A stretch of DNA of 38,121 nucleotides from Albugo candida (GCA_040437565.1 JBDOQK010000002.1:1054001-1092121); one strand, 5' to 3'. Positions 24,601 through 35,945 are shown, numbered from the stretch's first letter. The notes: generated by a model not told the origin, from the letters alone. Numbers and translations are program-made.

Positions 24601-25370
24601 GCGATCGCAAAAAGGACGTGAAAATCGTTCAAGTGCTTCTTCTGAATACGATCGTCTCCATGCACTACTTTGTGGAAATGAGTACGGCATCTCAACACGT
24701 GACATGTACTGTTTCGTGCTGATTCTGCAGCAGCTATCCACAGTTTGTCGGGGTAGCTCATAGTTTTATGAGTCAGACAAGTTTCGAGATGGTACAAGAT
24801 TGAAGAAAATTTGTTCAAAGATGCGGAGTGCTCAAAATTGATTTCTGTATGCAAGCTAATTTGAAGGCGGATTAATGCTCGATCTTCGTCGTCAAAACGA
24901 TAGATACAGTACCACGATTCTATGGATAAAATCTTTTGGTCTACGAGAAGAAGACATTCATCGAGTAAACGGATCGGAGGACACGCACATTGCAAGTCGT
25001 GTGGGATGTGTCGGCTTTGATTGCACTGGTAAATAAAAGTGAGATCCCGTGAAGTGGATAGTATCTCAATTATTGGCAGCGATTGAAGACTATTGAGTCG
25101 ATGCAGCTCAATGGGAAATCGTAGTAGAGTATCTTTTCGTAAACCTTCTTGTTTGCGCGAAGAAAGAATTGCATGCTGAAATTTTAAAGCCTCTGAATTG
25201 GGAATAATAACTAGCTCCAGAGCAGAAGATTCTCGATAATCTTCTGTACTTTCAATCATAATCAGACTTTTAGTTCGAACACTAGGGTATATCAGCTTGG
25301 ACAATGAATAAATAATAGCAGTATCGATCAGAGCAATGACAGGAGAAAAACATGACTCAACAACCTGCAT
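21615..25370 (-). CDS. F-box + SNF2/Rad5-like helicase + RING finger protein (At3g54460-like architecture); start may be the ATG at 25259
   Basis: Intronless 1251-aa ORF. F-box LIDLPTILIQRILQML..SISGVCS, then LFPHQ, motif I GGLLCDEPGLGKT, motif II VVDEGH, motif III TGTP, RING CGVC..CGHLVCAAC..CATC, KVIVFSQF, motif VI QVISRAYRIG. Confidence 0.92.
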   Translation of the reverse strand: MQVVESCFSPVIALIDTAIIYSLSKLIYPSVRTKSLIMIESTEDYRESSALELVIIPNSEALKFQHAILSSRKQEGLRKDTLLRFPIELHRLNSLQSLPIIEILSTSRDLTFIYQCNQSRHIPHDLQCACPPIRLLDECLLLVDQKILSIESWYCIYRFDDEDRALIRLQISLHTEINFEHSASLNKFSSILYHLETCLTHKTMSYPDKLWIAAAESARNSTCHVLRCRTHFHKVVHGDDRIQKKHLNDFHVLFAIADVFSSIITSCEADQMPIRQPKSICSKEISPNRSLIDLPTILIQRILQMLNARNIASISGVCSIFQHLSYEVVPGLRLGLFPHQKQCLKWMLYRERKQTNGGSHPFYFPKSATSDTCAIDFTESKLVRNRTSKYQDCRGGLLCDEPGLGKTVTMLALLLRTNGQSSEMTNLTVEGIGSSLRSSTSRGRSIRSSQLIPSKTTLIIVPTSLVGHWASQITVHVKYGMLRVYVDYGGNISPDAEDLAAHDIVITTFNRLTDEWRHRRPPSALEERAPDRYGSDGLERYANGQIRKGTSPFLMLHWVRIVVDEGHRLGVQSCSYQLQMAQGLTSDKRWLMTGTPTPNTNTSEDLKYLHGQLFFLRDLPLGSANGKFWSKAISLPFEKQPTIACFRLKQLLHRIMIRHTKRCVQSVPSEPVRKSVYIKAMPEEYAIYNAVASAVVTNLFLTNIDPKQPGKLHPDSLLNPRNRKYANQLTRSLRLACAGACLLNITLSRKSYLETIELMNFHQIEGDIRHDLLRFLRDAQLPGRTTRCGVCDRQLQLLIVLTCGHLVCAACVKKQFDVRGPVCATCGKEYDPEDLQRLQPGFELKWGDDDFVSDIVAKAERLTDRRTSSSRGRTAELISDGINGSVSASPSSLLSDRCEAGILNSVGINLRVQKRSLDFTKDFRKIWSSKACYITHRIRELSSVESKDTDSRGTETSTSLKVIVFSQFKEHIWRIRVSCAQQGIHCATFVTGLSIPERQRQLNLFRSDPKIQVLCLTDVGAHGLDLSFVSHIFFADEIWDKSLADQVISRAYRIGAKKAVVVEQLVMCGSLEEILHQLHDNTQSFIESTENASQYSGEEFVMNARHLVKNQYKSLLIAGKSSTNQINEKIIKCTKKASRLRQRVDYLLDNLRLLDPSEISDEADLQYSVMFNYGNVSRHEEHDATTSQKKGHSGQGATTAFAPGDGHPPNSMQDQHDQRYQAHFLEISHGVMYNSKGYKRKRVTFIGDDCY

Positions 25371-25772
25371 GTTTAGTCAAAATAAATAGACTTATACGTC
25401 GACTTCAGCTATATCGATCAAGCAGATGCATTTGCAAATCATACTTACAATCTCGTAGAACTCTGCACGAATGATGGCAACATGACTCGTTATGCTTTCT
25501 AGATAACATCTTGAGCAGTAAATATTGTCTACAGTCGCATATAAAAAACAGAGGTATTAACTCAAAGGTGCAGATTACATTCGAAAAAGACGCAGCAAGC
25601 ACATAATTAAAGGCTGCTGCTGTGTGATCTTAGTGTGCTGAACAAGTTATATACAATTTGGTACTATCACTATCCAATATCAAGAATCTTCTGATCCATA
25701 AAGCGCAATCTAGAAGCGTTTCATGTGAATTTGGTTAAAGGAGTTTTTATGTAACGACCTTTCGAGTTTTAA

Positions 25773-28496
25773 ATGAGTGAGAAAGAAAGAAAATATCAAC
25801 GACTGCCATCCAGAGGTTTTTTCGATACTCCATTGAGAAGGGCCCGCCCAAATTCTACACCACAGACACAGAACCAGAAAGAGCGATTGAATGGTCAAAC
25901 AATTTCAGTCCGTGGTGGACTTGCTTCCATAATCAAAAATGACGTTGCTCCGATCACATTTTCCTGTAAAAAGACAGATGTCTTACGTAACAATTTGGCT
26001 CCGAATAAAGATACACGTCCGACAACTCTTAGACCGCAATCGACTGGGAAATTGAAAGGCTCAGCCCTGGTCCACTGGCTTGTGAAGAACGCCCCGCCCA
26101 AATATTTATATCTTAGACCAAATCAGTCCAACACACAAGATGAAGTAGAATGGTCGACCAGTCACTTTATACCATTACACTATTTCATCAACGTCGACGA
26201 GCAAGCATCTGGCTTTGAAAACGCTTTATTTGAGAAAGGTCCTTTTGATGCCGTAGCGCTGCCAATGATTACGTCGTCTGGACAACCTGGAAATTGGTCT
26301 ACTTGTAAAGTAATTGCTCCTGCCAAGAAGAGTCACTTTTTTGCTATTTCCTGGTCAGGGGGAAGTCGAGTTGGCAAACCTCTTGTTCATAGAGGATTAA
26401 TTTGCTTTGAGATTGATGAGCCTGAGAAATTCCTTAAAAATTTACATGATGCAATCGAAAGGCGAACCAAAGCTGAAGAGTTGCTGCGATATATACATCT
26501 TATTAACACAGTCTCACTGAGTGAAGATTACTCATTATCACAGTCTACTATCAATCAAATTTTATCCTTAGCACTTGACGATCATGAACGAAGGCAAAAT
26601 AAGGTGTGGAAACGATCGAGCATTACTGCTTTGATCGAAGAAGTTTCTGCAGACTACAGCATACTCATGAAAAAACTTGTGTTCGAGTCTATCGAGGAGA
26701 ATTTAGAGTACGGAATGTTGACGCTAGAGTCATTTCGAACTACAAATGGTTATCTATTTCTAAATTACGATCAGCGCAATGTCAGGAGATTGAAGACGAA
26801 AGAACTGAAAAGATTTCAGTTGACGCTGTTAGCAAACTCTGTCCTCGTTGCTTCCATCATTGAAGTACAAGGAGCCTGCATAAAGCTTGTGAAGCAAACG
26901 AACGTGATACATTTCAATGCTGCCGAAAATACCGACTTTTCACCACAAAAACGCCTTACAAGCAGTAAGATGATTTCAAGAGTAAAATTACCAACGCAAA
27001 GTGATCATAACAGCGGTAGAAGTATGACATTGGAAGAACTGACCGCAGCAATTACTCGTATGTCGAATGCGATGCTGCGCTCAGTTCGGGACGATTTTGC
27101 ACGTAAAGTGGCCAAACAGGTTCATGCTACCTTACATGATGCCCGCATTCCATCATATGATGTGACCCAGTCGAACCGATCTGCTTACATGACAACTGAT
27201 CTAAAGAGATTGCTCACTCGTATGGATTTCATGTTGCAGAATGCAATAAGTGAGTTTCTCCTGACAAATTTCGAACTATACACGTCCATAGTCGAAGAGA
27301 TGGCGTGTTTCGATTTCAGGATACAATCTTTGATGGAGGTGTGGATCTATTCGAAGCAAAATTCGAATGCAAAAGCCAGCTTTTCTTCTCGTAATTGCTC
27401 AGTATTTCGTCTTGAAGTAGTAGCTTCTCATGAAAATGGTCAGGAGTCATCACAAAACAAGGATGTGAAGGATAATTCTGGGCTGAAATCTAAATGTTTA
27501 TATGACGTTCCTCATGACTACGAAAAGGTTTGGAGTGCACTTGATGATGTCACACCAACCATTCATAAAAGACCCAAGTTGAGATTTGCGTATGTCATCA
27601 GTCCAAATGACTATCTTGATGCTTTTTTGAGTATATTTACGATAGCCCTGAGTCACGTGGAGTCATTGGATCTACTCGAACGCCTTGTAATGGACCGTAT
27701 CTTTTGGCCAACACAATGCTTTATACGGTGCCCCGACAATGATTACACTTCACTTCAGCAATTGCGTGAAAGAATTTGTGATGCTATGTCACATGCTATC
27801 GTTCCCACAAAGAGATATCTTGACCTTTTGGAAGTCTACGTTCCACTACTGAATCTCGATCCGCAAGATTACGTAAAATCGCTTTATCTCCAACCAACCG
27901 AATTGAAAAACGACGCATCTTCCAGAGCCATAGACGCCGGGCCGGATGGTGACCGCGACCAATCGCTCGGTGCCCCAGACATAGCAAAACTCTCACGTTC
28001 TCTACGTGATCATCAAATGTTGGAACAAAACATCCAGCATGAGATTCCCGACTCTGCAATATGCGCTGGTTTATTTGAGATTGATGTCTCCAAAATAAGA
28101 GGATTGCTAGCCAAGAAGCATCGAGAAATCATTCTCAGATTGCTGGAAGCCCACGCGTCTTCGACAAATGAGGCTGCAAAAAGGATATTGGCGAAATTCG
28201 ACAATGTAAATTCCAAACTGAATACCAGACCCATCAACATCGAGGATGCCCACCAATTACAAGACTATCTCTCAAACATACAACAGATCGTTGTACCTCT
28301 GATCGAAAATGTGCAAGAAATTGCGAGCAACAGCGAGATTTTCGACGAGTTTCAGTATACTCTCTCTGATGAGCACCTTCGCACGCTTTGGTTATTACAA
28401 GCATGGCCGCCAAAACTCGCCAAAACCGTGGTACTAGCAAAGGATTCACTGGAAGAGAAGTTGGAATCTATCATGAAGCATGAACGCCAAGTGTAA
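25773..28496 (+). CDS. DNAH1: Axonemal inner-arm dynein heavy chain (DNAH1-like), N-terminal tail only
   Basis: 907-aa ORF resembling the DNAH1 N-terminus as recalled: VHRGLICFEIDEPEKF...AEELLRY, AYMTTDLKRLLTRMDFMLQNAI, LERLVMDRIFW, GLFEIDVSKIRGLLAKK, RPINIED, FDEFQYTLSDE..WLLQAWPPKL. No AAA/P-loop. Ends at a GTAAG donor-like site. Confidence 0.75.
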   Translation: MSEKERKYQRLPSRGFFDTPLRRARPNSTPQTQNQKERLNGQTISVRGGLASIIKNDVAPITFSCKKTDVLRNNLAPNKDTRPTTLRPQSTGKLKGSALVHWLVKNAPPKYLYLRPNQSNTQDEVEWSTSHFIPLHYFINVDEQASGFENALFEKGPFDAVALPMITSSGQPGNWSTCKVIAPAKKSHFFAISWSGGSRVGKPLVHRGLICFEIDEPEKFLKNLHDAIERRTKAEELLRYIHLINTVSLSEDYSLSQSTINQILSLALDDHERRQNKVWKRSSITALIEEVSADYSILMKKLVFESIEENLEYGMLTLESFRTTNGYLFLNYDQRNVRRLKTKELKRFQLTLLANSVLVASIIEVQGACIKLVKQTNVIHFNAAENTDFSPQKRLTSSKMISRVKLPTQSDHNSGRSMTLEELTAAITRMSNAMLRSVRDDFARKVAKQVHATLHDARIPSYDVTQSNRSAYMTTDLKRLLTRMDFMLQNAISEFLLTNFELYTSIVEEMACFDFRIQSLMEVWIYSKQNSNAKASFSSRNCSVFRLEVVASHENGQESSQNKDVKDNSGLKSKCLYDVPHDYEKVWSALDDVTPTIHKRPKLRFAYVISPNDYLDAFLSIFTIALSHVESLDLLERLVMDRIFWPTQCFIRCPDNDYTSLQQLRERICDAMSHAIVPTKRYLDLLEVYVPLLNLDPQDYVKSLYLQPTELKNDASSRAIDAGPDGDRDQSLGAPDIAKLSRSLRDHQMLEQNIQHEIPDSAICAGLFEIDVSKIRGLLAKKHREIILRLLEAHASSTNEAAKRILAKFDNVNSKLNTRPINIEDAHQLQDYLSNIQQIVVPLIENVQEIASNSEIFDEFQYTLSDEHLRTLWLLQAWPPKLAKTVVLAKDSLEEKLESIMKHERQV

Positions 28497-28869
28497 GCAG
28501 TTTTTAGCATCTTAAAAAAATTATACAGTGCTCCATTCCGTATTGCGCGAGAGCAAGACCTTTTTTGGGAGAAAAACTTCGACGATGAAGACGTTAGACT
28601 CAATCGGTACGTTCTTTATCGAGCTGTCCTTGCTCTTCAGCTTTGCACACACATCCATGGCCGTACCTATTAGCTGCATATATAATCGGAAAGTCTAATG
28701 AATTCATTCTGGCACATTTTCAATATTATTGTGGCGATGCTGTGCAACCATAACTTCAGTCCATGGTATTATGCAATCAGCCGATAGGAAGTAGGTGTGC
28801 ACATCGTAACACGCTTTTCAAATTTCCTATCCACTATTTCACACTTAGCATCCACGTCTGAAGTCGTGA

Positions 28870-29450
28870 AATAGATTTTGTGGAAGAAATTTTCATTTTC
28901 AATTTATCCTTTCGCTTCGTGTACGACAACAGCAAGATTCTAAATTAGTTGGATGGCTACATTCCGCTGTGGGAAGCATCAATCGGTGTTACGGTACCAT
29001 TTGTATATTCGTATTTCCAGGCTGACTACAATCGCTTTATTGAGGCGGGCTTATTGCAATGGGAGTATTGAGAAAATTCTCCTTCTAGAACGTATGAAAC
29101 GGGATACTTTTGATACACATAATTCCTGAATAGAACTCGTAGCACGACATTGATTTCGTCGATTTGAGAGCGGCACTATTGATAGGTAAAATAAAGCGAT
29201 AAAGTATTCAACCTTCAGGCCGAGAAACCTTACATTTGGTTCTTGCTGCTAGTATTACAAACCTAAATTAGAAGAGTGCAAGACATATGCGTTGCACGAC
29301 AAGGATGGGAATTTATGTCTAAAGCACTCTGAGTTGAGGCTTTTCTTAACTCTCATGAGAAAGCATCTCCAAGATAGCTGAAGAGAATCAGCATTTCCAG
29401 TATACTAATGCAGATTCTACAAACCGTCAACTCCTGGAGTAACGTAGCTA
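28870..29450 (+). pseudogene. Decayed continuation of the dynein heavy chain (DHC_N2 region)
   Basis: Collinear fragments with stops and deletions: IFNL...YDNSKILN*LDGYIPLWEAS (to 28981), NKAIKY (29190), KPKLEECKTY (29259), RQGWEFMSKAL* (29297), ESISKIAE (29359). These parallel DNAH1 YDKLSRMVKEFQPYLDLWTTAS, RIEEFKPY, RHWETLS and ESISKVAE. Confidence 0.7.
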
Positions 29451-29792
29451 TGGTAATTACATGAGCTATCATTATATATGCAATCGGGGTAAGCAATTGA
29501 TGGTATGTGAGTTATCATTCTGCTTCACGACCGGCACGACCGCCTTCACTCCCATGTTTATTCTGCCGACCATATGACTGGCTAGTTTCCAGATACTTCC
29601 ACACTCTGATTCATGTGCAAATGGAACCGATAGTACTGCACTATAAATCATTTATACACGCCAAGATTATACGTATCCATCAAACATCGAATAACAATAC
29701 CTTATCGACACTAAGCAAAGGACCCCATTCAAAAGATATGAGATAATACCTCAGCTCTTTTTGTCCAATCCATTCTTCCACTCAGACTAGGA

Positions 29793-31870
29793 ATGGACTC
29801 GGATACCGTTTGGCTTCGACTAGAGCTTTTCGAACTCGGGCTGCTACATGTACCGATAAAGTCTACCAGCATCACCACACTTTGTGCAGTAACGAGAGCT
29901 CTGGACTGTATTTCTGGTTGCCAGAACGACGATCAAGATGTCAACATGACGCCAGAATCGGAAGAATATAAAAACGACAATGCGCAATCGCAAGCAATCA
30001 AGTAATTTGTATCCCATTGCTAAAACGGAGATAAACCGCGCTTTCTCGTAGTTTTAATACATGGAAGTCAGTCGTTAAAGAACACCTGGAATGGCCCGAA
30101 GAAAATTATACAGCGTAATGATCCAATCATTTATAGCAATTTATCACAAACTTGATCATTCTTTCAAATCTGATGTAGGTTTTGGCTCCTTCTTGTCTAC
30201 TTTCATCGCAACATACCAACATGGGACGAAACGGAAAAAGTCATCCTGACAGAAGAGCGGTGTCTATCGGTCGAAGTCGTCCCAACACATAGAATCACAA
30301 TATTTTTATTTGTACAAGCAAGTCGTTTTCATGCCTCAAAAACGAAAGCCACCCTTGATTCATTTAATGCAAAATGGTGTCGAGAATTCCCGACTGCGGG
30401 CACTGAAAAGGCGAGTATCATACAATCACCATCTGGAGGAGCGTCTCCAGTGCTATTATCGCCGCACACTAAAGCAATGCAAGATCGTGCGACGCTAGAT
30501 GACTACTATTTGTCGTTTGTGGGCAATAATCTTGAAACTCTTTTCCAGTTGCTCTTTCCACAACTGGAATCGACTCCTGAAAGTGAAAAGCATATACATT
30601 CAGATCAAGTTGATCAGCTTGGGTTTTTAGTATCATTTGGAATTGAAAAGGATGAACCTCTCAGCACAGTATATAAACTCTGGCGTGTTGATACGCATGG
30701 AAATAAGTTTGAGACTGCGAACCGGATCTGTGAGTTTCTAAAACGCTCACTGGGTTTAAGCACAGATTTATATCCCGCCTTGGGATTCTCACTTGTGGAA
30801 AATGTATCCTTGCATATTGGAGCACAAAATGGTATCAATTTGAGATATCAAGAGTATCAATTCTCATGTACTGTATCTGATAGATTCAGGTCAATACCAG
30901 AAGCCAATTGTGATCTCAAATGTTTCGAAATCGACCATTATACGTCAATCAGATTCGTCTGACGAAGACTGGAACGAAAGCGATTTGGTTATCCATGCTT
31001 GTCATGATACTTACATTTATGTTCTTGGCTGTATACGATATCCTTTTTCCAAACTCGAAGCCAATGCTTCTTCCGATCATAACATTCCAAAGGAATCCTT
31101 AACTTTGTCGCACTCATGTATTTGTTATTGCGTGTAGTAATTGCAAGATCATTATTGCTCCCAATCGAGGCGTGTGTAGTATGGATCGATGCAACAGCAC
31201 CTCTTTCACGATTGCATCTGGACTCATCCGCGTCAGGTGAGCTTCTTCGTCATCTCACCTGTAAAAGGGGCGACTTACGTCTCCGTAGTAATTGCTTGGA
31301 CGTGACTATCAACGCGTATACGTTGGCTCCGCTAATCATGATGGGAGAAAATATCGGAATTGTGCTTGGACCCCACAATACAAAATATCCAACACAGAGA
31401 TGTAATTCAGAAGCTCGGAAACTGATTCAGAATTCAACTTCGTTTGGAGAATGGAGCAGGTTTATAAACCTCGAAAGCGAGCAAGGTACCATTGTTATTT
31501 AAGTCAAGATGGACGAAAAATGGAGCAGCTATCCCAGTACGTATTTTTTAGATCATGTCACAAGCACTGGAAATTTTGCAAAGCCGGCCATTGAATTGCA
31601 AAAACCGCACGATTTTTTAGTCATTACGATTCCAATCATTGCAACCGTACTGAAGCTGGAATTCCCTTTTCCACTGCCAGAAAAATTCCGTGAAGCCCTT
31701 TCGAAACAGGCCGAAGAGATTGAGAATTTCAGAAACATGATATGCGATGAGGAATTTGATGCTGCTACGAAGCGTTTGCTGGAGCAAGTGATACAGAACC
31801 GATTCAAGGAGTGGCTGACCGTGACAGGAAATGCACGTCAGATACTTGATCTTGTGCACATAGAAAAAAC
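29793..31870 (+). CDS. TBCCD1: TBCC domain-containing protein 1 (centriole/basal-body associated; ASQ2 family), 7 exons, stop codon probably within gap 31871-31970
   Basis: Exons 29793-30001, 30052-30114, 30179-30831, 30884-31037, 31114-31236, 31289-31485 and 31552-31870+ join in frame. Motifs VWLRLELFELGLLHVP, IFLFVQ, LVIHACHDTYIYVLG, LGPHNTKYP and NRFKEWLTVTGNARQILDLV match TBCCD1. Confidence 0.88.
31038..31113 (+). other. U12-type (minor spliceosome) AT-AC intron, 76 nt
   Basis: 5' site ATATCCTTT, branch site TCCTTAAC at 31096-31103, 3' end CAC. Removal joins CG|T and restores YVLGCIRHVFVIACSNC in the TBCC domain. Confidence 0.93.
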
Positions 31871-33799
31871 NNNNNNNNNNNNNNNNNNNNNNNNNNNNNN
31901 NNNNNNNNNNNNNNNNNNNNNNNNNNNNNNNNNNNNNNNNNNNNNNNNNNNNNNNNNNNNNNNNNNNNNNAGCAATTACAATTATTCTATCTGCATCGAC
32001 AGCAGTTGCGAATTCCTGCTTCATGAAATCCCGATATCAGGCTCTTGACTTGATCCATGTAATACTCTGAGAGCACTAAAATGATGCAACATTTTTTCTT
32101 CGGCGGTGCTGTAAGCGACTAATATATATAATCTTCTGTGATTACCTGAGATTAGTGAATCTGAACTTTATCTACAAGATATATTTCACTTGACTTGGTT
32201 GTAGGTACCGGCAGCACTTGAATTTCGGCCCTTTGATCTGTTATTCAATTACCGGGTAAGCTAAGCTGTCAGACAAATCCTACATTTTCACCTTCGCATT
32301 GAACTGTGAATTAATCAGCATCAAAATGAGCCACTCAACGGCTCAACATAAATGTTACAGGAGAAAAATACTATTGCAATTGCCTACAATACCCCATGGC
32401 TTCTCACTGCATTGTGCTATATGACTAAATCGTTTGATGAAGTCCTAGCAGATACTGCACCAATCCTTAGGTTTTATTGCACTGGGAAGTGCGTCTTTTC
32501 TACTCACCCATTTGAGAGCTAAACAAAGAAATGCTTAGTGAAATCCATTCCTAGGCTATCTTGATTCATAAACATAAGCATATCTTCAACAAACATACCT
32601 TAGATTCCTGTGCCAGTCAGTTATATGCCACGTAGTTGACACTCCTTTATTCCGGCTGGCTCAACTGATCACAGCACGAGATTATCAGCTGTAAATCTCA
32701 AATGATCCGCAACACCAGATTGACATATCCTTTCAACTAAGACTAAAATTGGGCGACACTTGCGAAGAGAGCGTTTTTAGCAAAGTTGCCTTCATAAAGT
32801 GCGACTAGTAACCTAGACCGTGACCTTCAGTCCATTCAACACAACGGTGCCGTTCATTTCTGCTATACACTGTATCAAGGAATCTTTTCGAAACGCGTAC
32901 ACCGATCTTTGTAGGACTACAGTTATCTTTTCTGATGTTGCCAATATGACATCAAAGGCAGTTTTACAATAAAGATGGAAGGATTCACAAAATTCCAACA
33001 GCCAAGATCCAGGTAGAATCCAATGGAGAAGATGACTCGAAGGTGGATAGAACGATGATGATTATGGAGACATTTGGAAATCGCTGGACAATATCGAAAG
33101 CGAGCGCCGCATCGGCTCGCCCGTATGAGCACCATCCGTAAGAACCGAGAGCTTTTTGCTGCTCAAAGTAACCAAGATCAGGGTATGACAACGTCACACC
33201 TAGATGCGAGACATATGCAGCATCAAGGAAGCGGGATGGGGGGAAGCTTTTTCCATGCCATGCAATACAATAGGTTAGAAGGCCTACCTCGAACCTGATC
33301 CCCGAAAAAAAGGATAGTAAAGATCGCCAAGTAGCCATTCGATTGGAAAGAAACATATTTCGGACTTGAACCGTCATTTACCTAAGATGTTATCGTTCCC
33401 TGCGACAACTATCGACTGAGCAGCAAGCATCCAGAGAAATTCGAAGTGAGGAGGTGAAGCTTTACTGTCTGAGACGACATTCAAGCGGAAAAAGTACGAG
33501 CACCAAGTCACTAACTGACTGAATCAGTGCCAGGAGGTAAAACAACGATGGATGGCATCGACAAACTATTCCGACCCAGCCTGAGCAGGGCATAGGCAGT
33601 ATCGTTCTTCGTGGCCATGAAACTAAATGGAGCGAGTACATTTATTTTTGTCAGCATTGAGTGAAGAATTCGGTGGAGCTGACAATACCGCGTAAATGCA
33701 ATGATAGAAGGCACAAGAAGGCAGGCCGAAAAATTGTGTCATGTTGGTCAACTTATGAAATCAGATAACATCAGCAATGCAACAAGAGAAGAAAATCGA

Positions 33800-35620
33800 T
33801 GGACGCCAGACCGAACTGATGCGATGAGATAAAAAACGAAGAAGCAATAAAACTGGAACAATAACGTGAAAAGTGGACATATGATGAGAGATAGCCGGAA
33901 GAATAGATAATCCTGCAATGAAGTCACCGGTATAGCAATTGAAAGCAGAGATTTCATTCTGGAGTATACCGAGAGACGTATAATTTTAAACAGTAAATAC
34001 GAAGGCATCTTATGCTGTATTTTAAGTTGCTGCAGGATCGCAAGAAGCGCAACAGATTCTATTTACTTCTAAATGGGAAGGAAATAACAATGGGATGGAC
34101 AGGATTGGCAAAGATATTGCAACAAGAAAACTGCTTGCCTAGGATTGTTCTCTTACAGATGTGCAACATGAGGACTTACTTTCAAACCTTGTCTAGTATG
34201 CAAAGCTGGAGGCGAAAACTGCAAGTTGAAGCAACAAGAAGATGGATTGTCAGTTGTCCATAACCGTGCGATCGTGTCAGAACTCAATATGGTCAAGAAC
34301 AAGAACGTCCTCGTTATCAAGACAGAAGATAGAGAACGCGAATCCAGTATTCTGCACATACTGAACTTAATTCTATCCGTAGACATAACAAAGACGTAAA
34401 TGAGAAGTGTTTTACATTTCCATCAACGATTCGTTACTTTTAACTACGATACTATCTAGAGGATAGCAGGCTTTTCCATCGAGGTTGATGACCATCAGCA
34501 ACAGACATGAATTACTTGCGGGGAAAGCAAAATAATAAACAATCTCGAATAGATACCGGATAAATATTACCAACGGAGCCAATTGGCGGTGTCATAAGTA
34601 GTGACTTAAAGATATTAATCACCTCTCAGAATCGAGGAGGATTATCGATATTTGGTGAGCTCTATCTACTATAATCAAAATACTGTAGCGTGTTTTTAAC
34701 TAAGACCAAGACTAAACCAGGTACAAAGGTCGAAGAGTTCTTGTCTGCTTCGAGAAAAAAATTAATTGCAAGATACATGCTCTAAACATTGCTGACCATG
34801 GGTACTGCAGAGACAGATCATCTCTACAGAGAATCAAGCGTCAAATGCAAAATCGAAACGAAATTAATACGACAGTCATGAGCCTGGTACGGTCTATGAC
34901 ACTTATCTTTTGGGGAAATGCTGCTGAATATATCACCCATACTCTCAATAGAAGCCCAAGTAGAGCGAATGAAGGAAGATAGTCAACTTTTGAGGTTTTG
35001 ACTTGGAAGGATACAAATCTTTTTGATGTCTCAACAATCGTATTATCTTGCTCAGTTCGAACTCGAACTAGAAAAGCTTGCAAAATGAATCAAACGAGGT
35101 GCTGTTATCGAACAGTACGGTGAACCGAGTGGTACAAAATATATTTACCCAAAGAGGTGATTGCTATTTCATCACGTAATAAATGTGGAGTCGATGTTGG
35201 AACGAACAGATGAATATTTCAAGGTTCGTCGGAAGGAATTGACCGATGCAGACTTGGAGTATTCTGATGATACCAAGATTGAAGGAAAAGAAAATTATAT
35301 ATGAGAGGAATCAGATCAAAACGAGAAAGACCCGAAGAAAAGGATACTTACCATAAATCAAAAAGAAAAATGTAGCTTGAGGAGTGATGACTGAGGTGGA
35401 ATCGAGACATAAAAAGAAAGCTATGAATTCAGAAAGTATGTCGCATGGAAGACACAGAGCTAGCCTCACTGAAGGAAAAGCAACCTGAACCATTGTTACA
35501 AGAACCGATAAGATCAAGGTCTTGCTTCGAAAATGGGGGAAGACAGACAATTGGGACGGTTTAAAGTAAGAATGCTTGCATGCGGAAACAAAAAGTGTTC
35601 GAAATCCAAATACGATATGT
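33800..35620 (+). mobile_element. Decayed Ty1/Copia gag-pol remnant; boundaries approximate
   Basis: Knuckle remnant KSGHMMRD (~33870), GAG-pre-integrase LHFHQRFVTFNYDTI (~34412), PIGGVISSDLK, YCSVFLTKTK, NCKIHAL, FWGNAAEYITHTLNRSPSRANEG (~34909), RT start GRFKVRMLACGN (~35554). Confidence 0.85.
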
Positions 35621-35945
35621 GTTAAAAAGAAACGTGTAGTCGAACGACTTACCGAAACAATCGATGGATTTGATCCCGGCGCGGATATACGTCAGTGACA
35701 GAAACGGCACAGAAGCGGATGAATCGAGCGAAGACTCGGTGAAGAGAACAGAAAAGCAGGTTAAAACAAAACTTTATACGCACTTCGGCCTTTGCCACCA
35801 CTCACGATAGCAGTTTCTTTTCTCTCGTTTTTTGACAGCATGAAATTTGCAGCACCAGAAACAGCAAATATCATGCTTGCTTAAGCAAGGATCAGGGATA
35901 AGGTAGCAAAGCATCGCTGCGTACCTAATACGAGCATAAAGGCAC

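Noticed and set aside
21677-28603. Numerous short ORFs overlapping the helicase and dynein genes
   Set aside because: Antisense or alternate-frame shadows of the long ORFs with no recognisable motifs.
30804-30811. GTATCCTT, a possible second U12-type (GT-AG) donor in TBCCD1
   Set aside because: No TCCTTAAC-like branch site downstream, and an ordinary GT-AG intron at 30832-30883 already restores the frame.
32050-33420. Minus-strand ORFs and intron-like signals suggesting another gene
   Set aside because: I could not assemble a consistent frame or recognise a product. Left unresolved.
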